This document shows, piece after piece, positions 35,857 to 44,765 of a stretch of 64,000 bases of DNA. Both the position numbers and the translations under genes were made by a program. The stretch's first letter is position 1. Every line of letters begins with the position of its first letter. The notes below the pieces were generated by a model, which was not told the origin of the DNA, did no database searches, and saw nothing but the letters and a program-made list of their open reading frames with translations. This stretch comes from Prevotella sp. (lineage in GTDB: Bacteria > Bacteroidota > Bacteroidia > Bacteroidales > Bacteroidaceae), in contig JAZLHI010000129.1 in assembly GCA_045616725.1 (NCBI GenBank), positions 3,414-67,413 of the forward strand, in the 5' to 3' direction.

Positions 35857-37455
35857 CTAGAACTCTGAAGTGAAGTGGAACTTGATGTGCTCGAAGTCCT
35901 GTTGCGCCATCTGGAGTACATAGCCAGAGTCGGCAAGGAATACGTCGCGACCGTCTTTGTCCTTCGCCATATACTGGTACTTGCGCTTCTTGAAAGCCTC
36001 GAGTTCTGCCTCGTCGTCGCTCTCTATCCAGCAAGCCTTGTAAAGATGAACAGGTTCCCAACGGCACTTCGCATTGTATTCATTCTCAAGACGATACTGG
36101 ATAACCTCAAACTGAAGCTGACCGACAGTACCGATGATCTTGCGGTTGTTGAACTGGTTGACGAACATCTGCGCCACACCTTCGTCCATGAGTTGGTCGA
36201 TACCTTTGTTGAGCTGCTTTGCTTTCATCGGGTCGTCGTTCTCGATGTATTTGAACATCTCAGGAGAGAATGAAGGGAGTCCGCGGAAGTGGAGCTTCTC
36301 GCCTTCGGTCAATGTGTCGCCAATCTTGAATGTTCCGTTGTCTGGCAAGCCCACGATGTCTCCCGGCCATGCCTCGTCGATGGTGCTCTTGCGCTGAGCC
36401 ATGAACTGAGTGGCAGCAGAGAAGCGGAGCTGTTTGCCGTGGCGAACATGGAGATAAGGCGTGTTGCGCTGGAACTTGCCCGAGCAAACCTTGCAGAATG
36501 CGATACAAGAGCGGTGGTTAGGGTCGATGTTTGCCGTAATCTTGAAGATGAAACCTGTGAACTTTGGCTCCTCAGGACTAACCTCACGCTCCTCAGCTTG
36601 TGTAGGCTTTGGCGATGGGGCAATCTCAACGAAGCAGTTGAGGAGTTCCTGAACGCCGAAGTTGTTGAGCGCAGAACCGAAGAATACCGGCGCAACCTCC
36701 GCAGAGCGGTATGTCTCAACATCGAATTCTGGGTAAACGCCGTCCACGAGTTCAAGGTCTTCGCGAAGCTTGTCAGCATCCTGTTCGCCCACGCGAGCGT
36801 CAAGATCCTCTGAGTTAATGTCTATCTCTACCTTCTCCGTAACGCGCTGCTTGTCAGGGGTGAAGAGGTCGAGTTTGTTTTCGTAGATGTTATACACGCC
36901 CTTGAACTTCGAGCCTTGGTTGATAGGCCAAGAGAGTGGGCGCACCTTGATCTCAAGTTCCTGCTCAAGTTCGTCGAGAAGGTCGAACGGATCCTTGCCC
37001 TCGCGGTCCATCTTGTTGATGAAGATGATAACCGGCGTGTTGCGCATACGGCAGACATTCATCAGCTTTCGTGTCTGTGCCTCCACACCCTTTGCGCCAT
37101 CGACAACGATAATCGCTGAGTCAACGGCAGTGAGTGTGCGGTAAGTATCCTCGGCAAAGTCCTGGTGACCAGGAGTATCGAGGATGTTCACCTTGTATGT
37201 GATGTCTTCGTTTGCGGAAGAAGAGAAGGCGGTGTAGTCGAACTCCATCACGGAGGTACTTACGGAGATACCGCGCTGCTTCTCGATGTCCATCCAGTCG
37301 GATGTAGCGGTCTTCTTGATCTTGTTGCTTTTTACTGCACCAGCCACCTGAATCTGTCCACCAAAGAGAAGGAATTTCTCGGTGAGGGTAGTCTTACCAG
37401 CGTCCGGATGCGAGATGATGGCGAATGTTCGTCTGCGTTCTATTTCTGGATTCAT
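35857..37455 (-). CDS. prfC: Peptide chain release factor 3
   Basis: [34 protein letters not shown] and NKMDR GTPase motifs. Full-length RF3 pattern. Confidence 0.95.
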   Translation of the reverse strand: MNPEIERRRTFAIISHPDAGKTTLTEKFLLFGGQIQVAGAVKSNKIKKTATSDWMDIEKQRGISVSTSVMEFDYTAFSSSANEDITYKVNILDTPGHQDFAEDTYRTLTAVDSAIIVVDGAKGVEAQTRKLMNVCRMRNTPVIIFINKMDREGKDPFDLLDELEQELEIKVRPLSWPINQGSKFKGVYNIYENKLDLFTPDKQRVTEKVEIDINSEDLDARVGEQDADKLREDLELVDGVYPEFDVETYRSAEVAPVFFGSALNNFGVQELLNCFVEIAPSPKPTQAEEREVSPEEPKFTGFIFKITANIDPNHRSCIAFCKVCSGKFQRNTPYLHVRHGKQLRFSAATQFMAQRKSTIDEAWPGDIVGLPDNGTFKIGDTLTEGEKLHFRGLPSFSPEMFKYIENDDPMKAKQLNKGIDQLMDEGVAQMFVNQFNNRKIIGTVGQLQFEVIQYRLENEYNAKCRWEPVHLYKACWIESDDEAELEAFKKRKYQYMAKDKDGRDVFLADSGYVLQMAQQDFEHIKFHFTSEF

Positions 37456-37505
37456 CTATGTGATTTACAATTTACGGATTTACAAATTTCATTTTTTTTC
37501 GGCTG

Positions 37506-37513
37506 CAAAATTA
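37506..37513 (-). promoter_or_regulatory. -7 box TAATTTTG inside a conserved promoter cassette (prfC)
   Basis: ggctgcaaaattacgaataagtgagcggaaaagcaaattttatttg. Confidence 0.55.
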
Positions 37514-37579
37514 CGAATAAGTGAGCGGAAAAGCAAATTTTTATTTGATTTTCCCGAACGAGAGTAATTTAGACAAAGT

Positions 37580-37587
37580 CAAAGGTA
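37580..37587 (-). promoter_or_regulatory. -7 box TACCTTTG of a second, tandem promoter cassette
   Basis: gtcaaaggtacgattaagcgagcgaaacaccaaatat, 74 bp upstream of the first cassette. Confidence 0.45.
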
Positions 37588-37695
37588 CGATTAAGCGAGC
37601 GAAACACCAAATATATCACGCAAGAAAATCAGCCAAAATCGGAAAATATTCAGATTTTGGCTGATTTTTCATGAGTATTGTTATAACTATGTTAG

Positions 37696-39399
37696 CTACT
37701 TTTTGAGAGTCACATCATCATTACGCACCCATTTTAGAACACCGTCTTTTAACCAATATGCAGTGTTATCACGGATATAAGGGCATTCCATGTCCAATTT
37801 ATTCATGATTTCGTCTTTGGTTTTCGGTGTCAATCCTTTGGTGTCAGTACAGTTACCTGTCCTATTCTTTTTGTCCAAATACAATCTTATTGTATATGGT
37901 TCATCAAATTCTGGGTCATTGCTTGGGTCAATTACTTTCCAAGTGCCATTATAAGTGCATGTGATTTCGCCGCCGTATCTCCTTATTATGCGACCAGCCT
38001 GTCGTACTACATAATTATTTCTGTACCACTTCTTGGCAGTAAAGGTTCCATTGGCATTGAATGTTATGCTCATACTGATATTTGAAGGATTCTCTCTGTA
38101 TGGTATATATTTCCATGTTCCGACAGCGGCTTTTTTCGTCGCCTCTTGAACACTTGTATTTGCAGACGAACTGGTAGTGTTGAATAATGATTCCGTCCAA
38201 GCTCTTGATTTTTCCATTCTTTTGTCATACTCTGCAAGCGACATTCCTGATACTTGTTCTGGACAACCCGCAAATGCCGATCCTATATTGACTGTAGCAG
38301 TTTTTGCTAAATTTACTTTCGCTAAGTTTCTACAATCGGCAAAAGCAAGATCTTCTATGGTTACGTTTGGATTCGGAATCTCTATAGAGGTCAGTCCACG
38401 GCAACTAATGAAAGCACTTGCTTTAATTTTCGTCACACTATTAGGAATTGTGACTGAACTAAGTTTTGAACAATTCTCGAAAGCACCCATACCAATAGTT
38501 TTTATGGACCCAGGGATTGTGACAGATTTCAAGTTAGGACATTCTGTAAAAGCATATTCGCCAATGCCTATTCCATAATTATTTTCGTTTGCTGTTCCAT
38601 TAGAAACGTTAACCGAAACAAGTGATTTGCAATTCTTGAATGCTCTATGTCCTATCGTTGATACGGAATTGGACATTGTGATAGATGTAAGGCTTTCGCA
38701 GTCTTTGAAAGCTTCTGCGCCAATATGTGTAACTGACTTTGGAATGACAATGGATGTAATACCCTCACCAGCAAAGGCTCCTTCCTCAATGGAAGTTGCA
38801 GTTTCTGGAAGAACAAGATGTGTGATTCCATTTGGATGCCAAACTGGGAAAATCTTTGTACATCCCTCTGCGTAGATCAACTCTGTAAAGTTATCGCAGT
38901 CATCAAACGCATTTTCGTCAATGTTGATATTTGAACTTGAGAATGTAACGGATCTTAGCTTACTACATTCTCCAAATGCCTTTCGTTCAATTTTTCTTAC
39001 GGACTTTGGGATAACAATAGAAGTGAGATTCAGGCACCCTTTAAATGCGTATTTCCCAATAGTTGTCACAGTATTCGGAATTGTGACAGAGGTGAGATTT
39101 GAGCACTTGTTGAATGCGAATTCCCCAATAGTGGTTACAGAATTCGGAATTGTGACAGAGGTAAGATTTGGACAACTACTGAATGCGTATTCCCCAATAC
39201 TTTTCACAGGCAGTGTGGAGCCGTTGTAATTAATAGATGAAGGAATGACAATTGCTTTGGCATCGGTGCTACCGTCTGCTAATTCTGCCGTTTTTGCGGT
39301 TAAATCAATTCGGTAGCTAATACCATCAATCTCCACATCGTCGGCAAAGCTGCATAGTACAGCGGTAAGAAAAAGAAGTGTAAGTGATAAACGTTTCAT
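37696..39399 (-). CDS. BspA-type leucine-rich-repeat surface protein with a lipocalin-like C-terminal domain
   Basis: Signal peptide. About 13 repeats of the form C.NLTSVTIPNSVTTIGEYAF. C-terminal GTWKY... beta-rich domain. Confidence 0.8.
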   Translation of the reverse strand: MKRLSLTLLFLTAVLCSFADDVEIDGISYRIDLTAKTAELADGSTDAKAIVIPSSINYNGSTLPVKSIGEYAFSSCPNLTSVTIPNSVTTIGEFAFNKCSNLTSVTIPNTVTTIGKYAFKGCLNLTSIVIPKSVRKIERKAFGECSKLRSVTFSSSNINIDENAFDDCDNFTELIYAEGCTKIFPVWHPNGITHLVLPETATSIEEGAFAGEGITSIVIPKSVTHIGAEAFKDCESLTSITMSNSVSTIGHRAFKNCKSLVSVNVSNGTANENNYGIGIGEYAFTECPNLKSVTIPGSIKTIGMGAFENCSKLSSVTIPNSVTKIKASAFISCRGLTSIEIPNPNVTIEDLAFADCRNLAKVNLAKTATVNIGSAFAGCPEQVSGMSLAEYDKRMEKSRAWTESLFNTTSSSANTSVQEATKKAAVGTWKYIPYRENPSNISMSITFNANGTFTAKKWYRNNYVVRQAGRIIRRYGGEITCTYNGTWKVIDPSNDPEFDEPYTIRLYLDKKNRTGNCTDTKGLTPKTKDEIMNKLDMECPYIRDNTAYWLKDGVLKWVRNDDVTLKK

Positions 39400-39479
39400 G
39401 TTATTTTGGGTTTAATGCCGGTGTTACATTGGGTTACTTGATTATCCATCATTAAATACATTGTGAGTGTTTGTGGATT

Positions 39480-41144
39480 TTATTTGGGCATAATATTTTC
39501 CTCATAAGAATTCCAAACAGGAGCCTCCTTGTATGTATTTTTTGATTGAGAAGGCACAAAAATTTCAACTTCATCAGGAAAAGGATATAATGTATCTTCA
39601 GCAAGCACTGGAGGTGTTATACTGTTAAAAGTTATTTTTTCCAGGCTTTCGCAATCCATAAACACATATTTACCAATTGTTCTCACTGCATTTCCTATGA
39701 CGACAGAGGATAGGGATTTGCATCCATTAAAGGTGCCGTCTTCTATTCTTGTCACCTTGTTGGGGATAGTGATAGTGAGTAGATTCTCACATTCACTAAA
39801 AGCAGATTCTCCAATATTAGTTACGGAACTCGGGATAGTGATTCTTTTGAGAGATGTACATCCGCTAAAAGCGTGTTCTCCAATAGTTGTTACAGAATTC
39901 GGAATTGTGACAGAGGTAAGGTTTGGGAAACCACTGAAAGCGTATTCCCCAATACTTGTGACAGTATTTGGGATAGTTACAGATGTAAGAGATTCGCAGA
40001 AAGCAGATTCTCCAATATTCGTAACTGATGGTGGAATTGTTATGTTTGGATTATTAAGTGCTGTAATCAGTACTCCTTCTTTTGAATATAGGCAATTATT
40101 GTTGAAAAAGAAGTTCTTGTTGTCTGCGGTAATGTTATTCAAGTTTACACATTCATAAAATGGATTTTTCCCAATTGTTTCAACTGAATTAGGAATGGTT
40201 ATGGAAGACAGTGAGGTACACTCACTGAAAGCGTATTCCCCAATAGTTGTTACAGAACTCGGGATTGTGACAGAAGTAAGATTGGAGCAACCAGAAAACG
40301 CAGATTCTCCAATAGTAGTTACATTGTTGGGTATCGTAATAGATGTGAGTTTGTCGCAGTCACTAAAGGCTCCATCTCCGATACTGGTTATTGATGTTGG
40401 GAGGGAGAAAGGTTGTTTGTTAAGCACAGTAATCAAAGTCCCCTCCCTTGAACAGAAACAATTATTCTCAAAGTAATAGTTTTTGTTGTCAACAATGATA
40501 TTGCTTAGATTGGAAGAAAAAGGATTACTCCCAATTGTGACCACGGAGCTGGGAATGGTGATTGAAGTAATTTTATCACATTTTCCAAATGCATAGTCTC
40601 CTATAGTTGTTACAGAATTTGGAATGTTGATGGATGTTAATGATTCACAGTAATAAAACGCAGATCCTCCAATGGTTTTCACTGAGTTAGGTAGGGTGAT
40701 AGATGTTAATAGCTCACATCCCCTAAATGCTCCATCTCCTATAGTTGTTACAGAGTTTCCTATAGAAGCAGATGTGAGTTTTTCACAGCTACTAAATGCT
40801 TCGTTTCCGATGTTTGTTACAGAGTTTGGTATAATGATAGAAGTTAGTTCCCTGCAGAAAGAAAACGCAGATTCTTTTATGCTTATTACGGAATTCGGGA
40901 TAGTTACAGAAGTGAAGTCGTGGTACCGGAATGCACCTTCTCCAATAGTCGTCACTGCCAATGTTGAACCGTTGTAATTGATTGATGAAGGAATGGCAAT
41001 GGCTTCATTAGGTTGAGCGGCTGTTACTTCTGCTGTTTTGGCAGTAAGGTCTATTTTGTAAAAGAGACCATTAATCTCCACATCCTTTGCAAAGATGCAA
41101 AGTACGGAGATAAGGAAAAGGAGTGAAAGGGATAAACGTTTCAT
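39480..41144 (-). CDS. BspA-type leucine-rich-repeat surface protein (paralog)
   Basis: The first ~75 aa are nearly identical to the neighbouring LRR protein. LRR_5-type repeats run throughout. Confidence 0.8.
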   Translation of the reverse strand: MKRLSLSLLFLISVLCIFAKDVEINGLFYKIDLTAKTAEVTAAQPNEAIAIPSSINYNGSTLAVTTIGEGAFRYHDFTSVTIPNSVISIKESAFSFCRELTSIIIPNSVTNIGNEAFSSCEKLTSASIGNSVTTIGDGAFRGCELLTSITLPNSVKTIGGSAFYYCESLTSINIPNSVTTIGDYAFGKCDKITSITIPSSVVTIGSNPFSSNLSNIIVDNKNYYFENNCFCSREGTLITVLNKQPFSLPTSITSIGDGAFSDCDKLTSITIPNNVTTIGESAFSGCSNLTSVTIPSSVTTIGEYAFSECTSLSSITIPNSVETIGKNPFYECVNLNNITADNKNFFFNNNCLYSKEGVLITALNNPNITIPPSVTNIGESAFCESLTSVTIPNTVTSIGEYAFSGFPNLTSVTIPNSVTTIGEHAFSGCTSLKRITIPSSVTNIGESAFSECENLLTITIPNKVTRIEDGTFNGCKSLSSVVIGNAVRTIGKYVFMDCESLEKITFNSITPPVLAEDTLYPFPDEVEIFVPSQSKNTYKEAPVWNSYEENIMPK

Positions 41145-41187
41145 GTTTTTTTTCGGTTTAATTGTTAGTTTATTTGATTAATTGCGG

Positions 41188-41195
41188 CAAAGGTA
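41188..41195 (-). promoter_or_regulatory. -7 box TACCTTTG (LRR gene pair)
   Basis: Reverse complement of caaaggta, within gcggcaaaggta. Confidence 0.55.
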
Positions 41196-41270
41196 AGGAA
41201 TAATCAGTAAATGTCCGTGTTCCATTTTGTTCCTATTTCTGCGTCAGTGTGTTTTTACTCGTTATTGCAT

Positions 41271-41308
41271 GAAAAAAGCCCGACATTCGTGGTGCGGAAT
41301 GCCGGGCT
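41271..41308 (-). terminator. Intrinsic terminator after the kinase gene
   Basis: Minus strand: agcccggca-ttccgcaccacgaa-tgtcgggct followed by tttttt. Confidence 0.75.
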
Positions 41309-41316
41309 AGTGTTTA

Positions 41317-43107
41317 TCATATTGCTACAATCTTGAAATTGCGCCATACAGGATGCTTGCGGTAGGCGGGGATGCTTTGGGCTGGGACATGGAGCGTGCC
41401 GTAGTGGGTGAAGGTGTCGTAGCTGATGTCCTGCGGGGTAGGGCGGTGGTTGTAGATGTCGTCGAGGACGTTGCAGCCTTGGAATGATGGACCAATGTTT
41501 ATGCAGGATTCTGGTATGGTGATGGAGGATAGCGAGGTGCAACCGCTGAAGACGTACCAGCTGATTTGCTTAACGCCCTCAGGCAGTTCGACGCTCTCCA
41601 AGGAGGTGCAGCCATAGAAAGCGCTGTTTGGGAGTTCGGGCGTGGACGGTGGGATGGTGATAGTCTTGAGGGATGTGCAATCCTGGAAGGCGTTGGAGTC
41701 CAGATGGATTACGCTGCGAGGGATGGTGATGTGGGTAAGTTGGCGGCAGCCTTGGAATGCGCAGTTGTAAACGCGCATTATGCCGTCGGGGATGGTGTAC
41801 CTGCCTTTCTTTGTTGCGGGGCATTGGCGGAGTATCTTGCCTTCGTTGGAGAAGAGGACGCTGTCCTGTACGTATATCCAAGGATTTGTCTTATTGACGA
41901 TGAATGTGTCCAATGTCTGGCAATCCGCAAAAGCACCGTTGCCTACGCTGCGGACGTTTCCTGCGAAGTAAACTGACTTAAGTGACGGACAATTGAAGAA
42001 TGCGTTGTTTCCGATTTCGTGCATCCAGGGATTGAACTCTATGTTCCGTATGTTATTATTGCCGAAGAAAGCCTTCCCGTCAACGGCTATGACGTTGTAT
42101 GTGCGACCGTGGAAGGTCACATTGTCGTGAATGCTTAGCGTGCTGTCCTTTATGACTTCAGCTTCTGCATCTGTTATCATTACGCCGTTGACGCCATGGT
42201 AGTCATACACTTTATAGCTGAATCCGTCAACCGTAAATTCCTCCGCGTACCAATATCGATAGAAATTTGCGCAGCAGAGAACGAGGAGCAGGGTTGCGGC
42301 AACGCTGATGGCTATTGTCCGCCAGACATTTGACCTCTTGCGATTGTAGTAGGCGTCAAAGTCTTCTATAATCTGCTGAGCATTGGCGTAACGGTTTCCT
42401 GTTCTCTCCTGCGTACATTTATCAATAATATGACGAATGGCCTTCGGTAGTCGGCAGCCGGTTTGTGCGATGATGTGCTGAATGATGCGACCGAAGGTGT
42501 AGATGTCGGAAGCTGCGCAGAGGGTGTCCGTGTCTCCCGCCAGTTGTTCAGGGGATGCGAATAGCTGGGACATACCCGTTGTCGTGTCCCATTCCGCTGA
42601 GCGACTGTAGCCAAGGTCTATGATGCGCACGTTGTCAGTTCGTCTTGTCAGCATGATGTTCTGCGGCTTGAGGTCAAGATGCAGTATTCCTGTGCTGTGT
42701 ATGTCGTCCATGGCCTCAAGCATCTGGTAGATGAAGCGGCGCATGTTTATGGCGTTGCGGAAGAATTGCGGCTTTTGTGCCATCCTTTCCTCAAGGGTGT
42801 CGCCATCGATGAAGTCCATGGTGAGCGACATCTCTGTGTCAGTGTCCGTGATGCTGATATACCTTGGAAGGTAAGACGAGCTTATCCTGCACCCAAGATT
42901 GTACTCCTTGATGAAGCAGTCGCGAAGAGCCTTGTCTTGCAGATGTTCCTCGCGCATTTGCTTTATGAAGTAGTGACGGTTGCCCTGATTCCTGTCGAAC
43001 GCCTCCCATGCCAGACAGGTTGTGCTGTCGCGCTTGGGCAGACGGACGGGAACAAGGACGGGCTTTTGCTTGGAAGATATGATTAGTTCGCTCGATTCTG
43101 TTGTCAT
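41317..43107 (-). CDS. Membrane Ser/Thr protein kinase with an extracytoplasmic BspA-type LRR domain
   Basis: Hanks motifs: YFIKQM (Lys), HLDLKPQN (catalytic loop, non-RD), IIDLGYS (DFG equivalent), FASPEQL (APE equivalent). TM helix WRTIAISVAATLLLVLCCANFY, then LRR repeats (FQDCTSLKTITIP, FYGCTSLESVELP, FSGCTSLSSITIP). Confidence 0.8.
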   Translation of the reverse strand: MTTESSELIISSKQKPVLVPVRLPKRDSTTCLAWEAFDRNQGNRHYFIKQMREEHLQDKALRDCFIKEYNLGCRISSSYLPRYISITDTDTEMSLTMDFIDGDTLEERMAQKPQFFRNAINMRRFIYQMLEAMDDIHSTGILHLDLKPQNIMLTRRTDNVRIIDLGYSRSAEWDTTTGMSQLFASPEQLAGDTDTLCAASDIYTFGRIIQHIIAQTGCRLPKAIRHIIDKCTQERTGNRYANAQQIIEDFDAYYNRKRSNVWRTIAISVAATLLLVLCCANFYRYWYAEEFTVDGFSYKVYDYHGVNGVMITDAEAEVIKDSTLSIHDNVTFHGRTYNVIAVDGKAFFGNNNIRNIEFNPWMHEIGNNAFFNCPSLKSVYFAGNVRSVGNGAFADCQTLDTFIVNKTNPWIYVQDSVLFSNEGKILRQCPATKKGRYTIPDGIMRVYNCAFQGCRQLTHITIPRSVIHLDSNAFQDCTSLKTITIPPSTPELPNSAFYGCTSLESVELPEGVKQISWYVFSGCTSLSSITIPESCINIGPSFQGCNVLDDIYNHRPTPQDISYDTFTHYGTLHVPAQSIPAYRKHPVWRNFKIVAI

Positions 43108-43127
43108 GATTATGATAAATCAGTTCC

Positions 43128-43712
43128 TTACAAGGTTGAAATGTTGCAGTATCTCAATCCTCCATTCTTGCCGCAGATGTAGCTCATCGCGACATGTCCT
43201 TCGCGTAGAAGATTCTCGCAACACATGGCTTGTCCCTCAATGATCTGCGTACACTGGAACGTGTCCCTCTCCACCAGCTTGCTGTTCTCGCTTGTGAGTA
43301 CGCGGAATGTGTAGTTGCCAAGGTATTCTACTGTGATGCGGCGGTCTGGATTCCAAGTTATCTGCAGCAGGCTGCCCACTTCCAATGTGGAGAACATCAG
43401 TGAGTGTATACCGTTCAGCATCTCGCTTGACGATGTGTCAGAGTCTTTCCTTGCCTTGAAATCCTCCCAGCAACTGTAGCCGATGAGCTTGCTCAATACG
43501 TTCAGGGTGTTTAGCGATGGTGCGGAATTGCCGGCTTCCTGGTAGCCCCAGAATCGACGCAACGTTGTGGCAGACACCATTTCCTTTGTGTTCGTGTAGA
43601 GCAGACTTGCCAGTATGTCAAAGTGCCTGCGAGTCTGGAATTTCATTCCTGTGAAGGCTTCCACACGCGCGCGCAATTTTTTGTAGATGATGTCAATGTC
43701 AGTTTCTTTCAT
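43128..43712 (-). CDS. Hypothetical protein with an HTH-like N-terminal segment
   Basis: Start at MKETDIDIIYKK (ATG 43712), downstream of TACCTTTG box 43778-43785. The segment MVSATTLRRFWGYQEAGNSAPSLNTLNVLSKLIGYSCWEDF resembles an XRE-like HTH. Confidence 0.5.
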   Translation of the reverse strand: MKETDIDIIYKKLRARVEAFTGMKFQTRRHFDILASLLYTNTKEMVSATTLRRFWGYQEAGNSAPSLNTLNVLSKLIGYSCWEDFKARKDSDTSSSEMLNGIHSLMFSTLEVGSLLQITWNPDRRITVEYLGNYTFRVLTSENSKLVERDTFQCTQIIEGQAMCCENLLREGHVAMSYICGKNGGLRYCNISTL

Positions 43713-43777
43713 TTTTGGGACTTCGTGAATGTCTGAATTTTGCTCAAGGAAGCGTAGAAAAACGCTGTTTTGTGGTG

Positions 43778-43785
43778 CAAAGGTA
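43778..43785 (-). promoter_or_regulatory. -7 box TACCTTTG (HTH-like gene and kinase operon)
   Basis: Reverse complement of caaaggta. Confidence 0.55.
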
Positions 43786-43964
43786 ATAATTTCCTTGGGT
43801 ATTGCCAATTTTTCTGCATTGCAATTAAGGAAAATTGTTTTATTGGAGCATAATGGAACAATAATGTGGATTGGGATTTCCATGGAAATGAACTTAAATG
43901 GCAATAAAATGGGGGCAAGAGAGAAATTTCTCGGACAAAATCTTTGAATTTCAGATAATTTGTT

Positions 43965-43972
43965 TAATTTTG
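43965..43972 (+). promoter_or_regulatory. -7 box TAATTTTG (riboswitch transcription unit)
   Basis: tttaattttgcactcgc, about 35 nt upstream of the riboswitch P1 region. Confidence 0.55.
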
Positions 43973-44004
43973 CACTCGCAAACAAACATTTGCACCCAGA
44001 AATA

Positions 44005-44195
44005 TAGACAGTCGGTTCGGCAGAGATGCCGATTAAAAGGGAATCAGGTGTAAGTCCTGAACAGGCCCGCTACTGTAACCCAAATTTTGTATCCCGGAGC
44101 AATCCATTGCCATTAGGGTGGCGAGAAGGACCGGGATTGGGAAGTCAGGAGACCTGCCACTGTTGTAACATCAAAAGGCTTCGAGGATCAGGCTG
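44005..44195 (+). promoter_or_regulatory. Cobalamin (B12) riboswitch
   Basis: Core ggttcggcagagatgccgattaaaagggaatcaggtgtaagtcctgaacaggcccgctactgtaacc, plus B12 box gccactg at 44156-44162. Confidence 0.9.
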
Positions 44196-44321
44196 ATGAA
44201 TATCCCATCGTCATTCAATAGAAGGAATGTACTGCGTACGTGGCATTTTGCCGTGTATCTACTTCGCGTAGTATTCTCCCTTTCGTCTGTCCTCGGCAGC
44301 TTATTGCGTAAAGAATTATAA
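44196..44321 (+). CDS. 41-codon ORF directly downstream of the B12 riboswitch (micropeptide or gene remnant)
   Basis: Hand translation: MNIPSSFNRRNVLRTWHFAVYLLRVVFSLSSVLGSLLRKEL. The ATG lies 34 nt after the B12 box. Confidence 0.3.
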   Translation: MNIPSSFNRRNVLRTWHFAVYLLRVVFSLSSVLGSLLRKEL

Positions 44322-44371
44322 GTTGTTGTTAAATAGTTTCAATGCATTTAATGTGCGTAATTGTAACTCTT

Positions 44372-44415
44372 GGAAACCGTGGCCGATGTGAATCGGCTGC
44401 GGTTTTCCGGTTTGA
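44372..44415 (+). terminator. Intrinsic terminator closing the riboswitch unit
   Basis: ggaaaccgtggccgat-gtga-atcggctgcggttttcc followed by ggttt. Confidence 0.6.
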
Positions 44416-44502
44416 GGCGATGGCTGTTTTGATGATTGTCAAATAAGAATGAGTTTTTCTGCATTTTTTTTCGGATTGTTTTGCTAGTTGGGAAAATAGT
44501 CA

Positions 44503-44510
44503 TACCTTTG
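44503..44510 (+). promoter_or_regulatory. -7 box TACCTTTG (tRNA cluster)
   Basis: catacctttgcactcgc, 46 nt upstream of the first tRNA. Confidence 0.55.
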
Positions 44511-44555
44511 CACTCGCTTTCAGAGGGAAGCTACTCCATAAGAGTACAGAAAGAT

Positions 44556-44628
44556 GCGGAAATAGCTCAGTTGGTAGAGCACAACCTTGCCAAGGTTGGG
44601 GTCGCGGGTCCGAGTCCCGTTTTCCGCT
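44556..44628 (+). tRNA. tRNA-Gly (GCC)
   Basis: Cloverleaf folded by hand: acceptor gcggaaa/tttccgc, anticodon loop cttGCCaag, T-loop tccgagt. Confidence 0.9.
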
Positions 44629-44666
44629 CTTTAGATTTAAAAAAGAACTTGCGTTCTTGGAAATTT

Positions 44667-44748
44667 GCCCAGGTGGCGGAATTGGTAGACGCGCACGTTT
44701 CAGGTGCGTGTATCGCAAGATGTGCAGGTTCGAGTCCTGTTCTGGGCA
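44667..44748 (+). tRNA. tRNA-Leu (CAG)
   Basis: Acceptor gcccagg/tctgggc, anticodon stem cacgt/gcgtg with loop ttCAGgt, long variable arm, T-loop ttcgagt. Confidence 0.85.
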
Positions 44749-44765
44749 CAAAGACTTATTGTAAT

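Noticed and set aside
35648-36067. 139-aa minus-strand ORF overlapping the SPOR gene and the prfC 3' end
   Set aside because: It is out of frame with two well-supported genes and crosses their intergenic hairpin. Its product is Arg/Pro/Gly-rich, which is typical of an off-frame read.
37696-41144. Regular ~66-69-nt nucleotide periodicity that could be mistaken for a CRISPR-like array
   Set aside because: The repeats are in frame and encode BspA-type leucine-rich repeats. There are no unique spacers and no cas genes.
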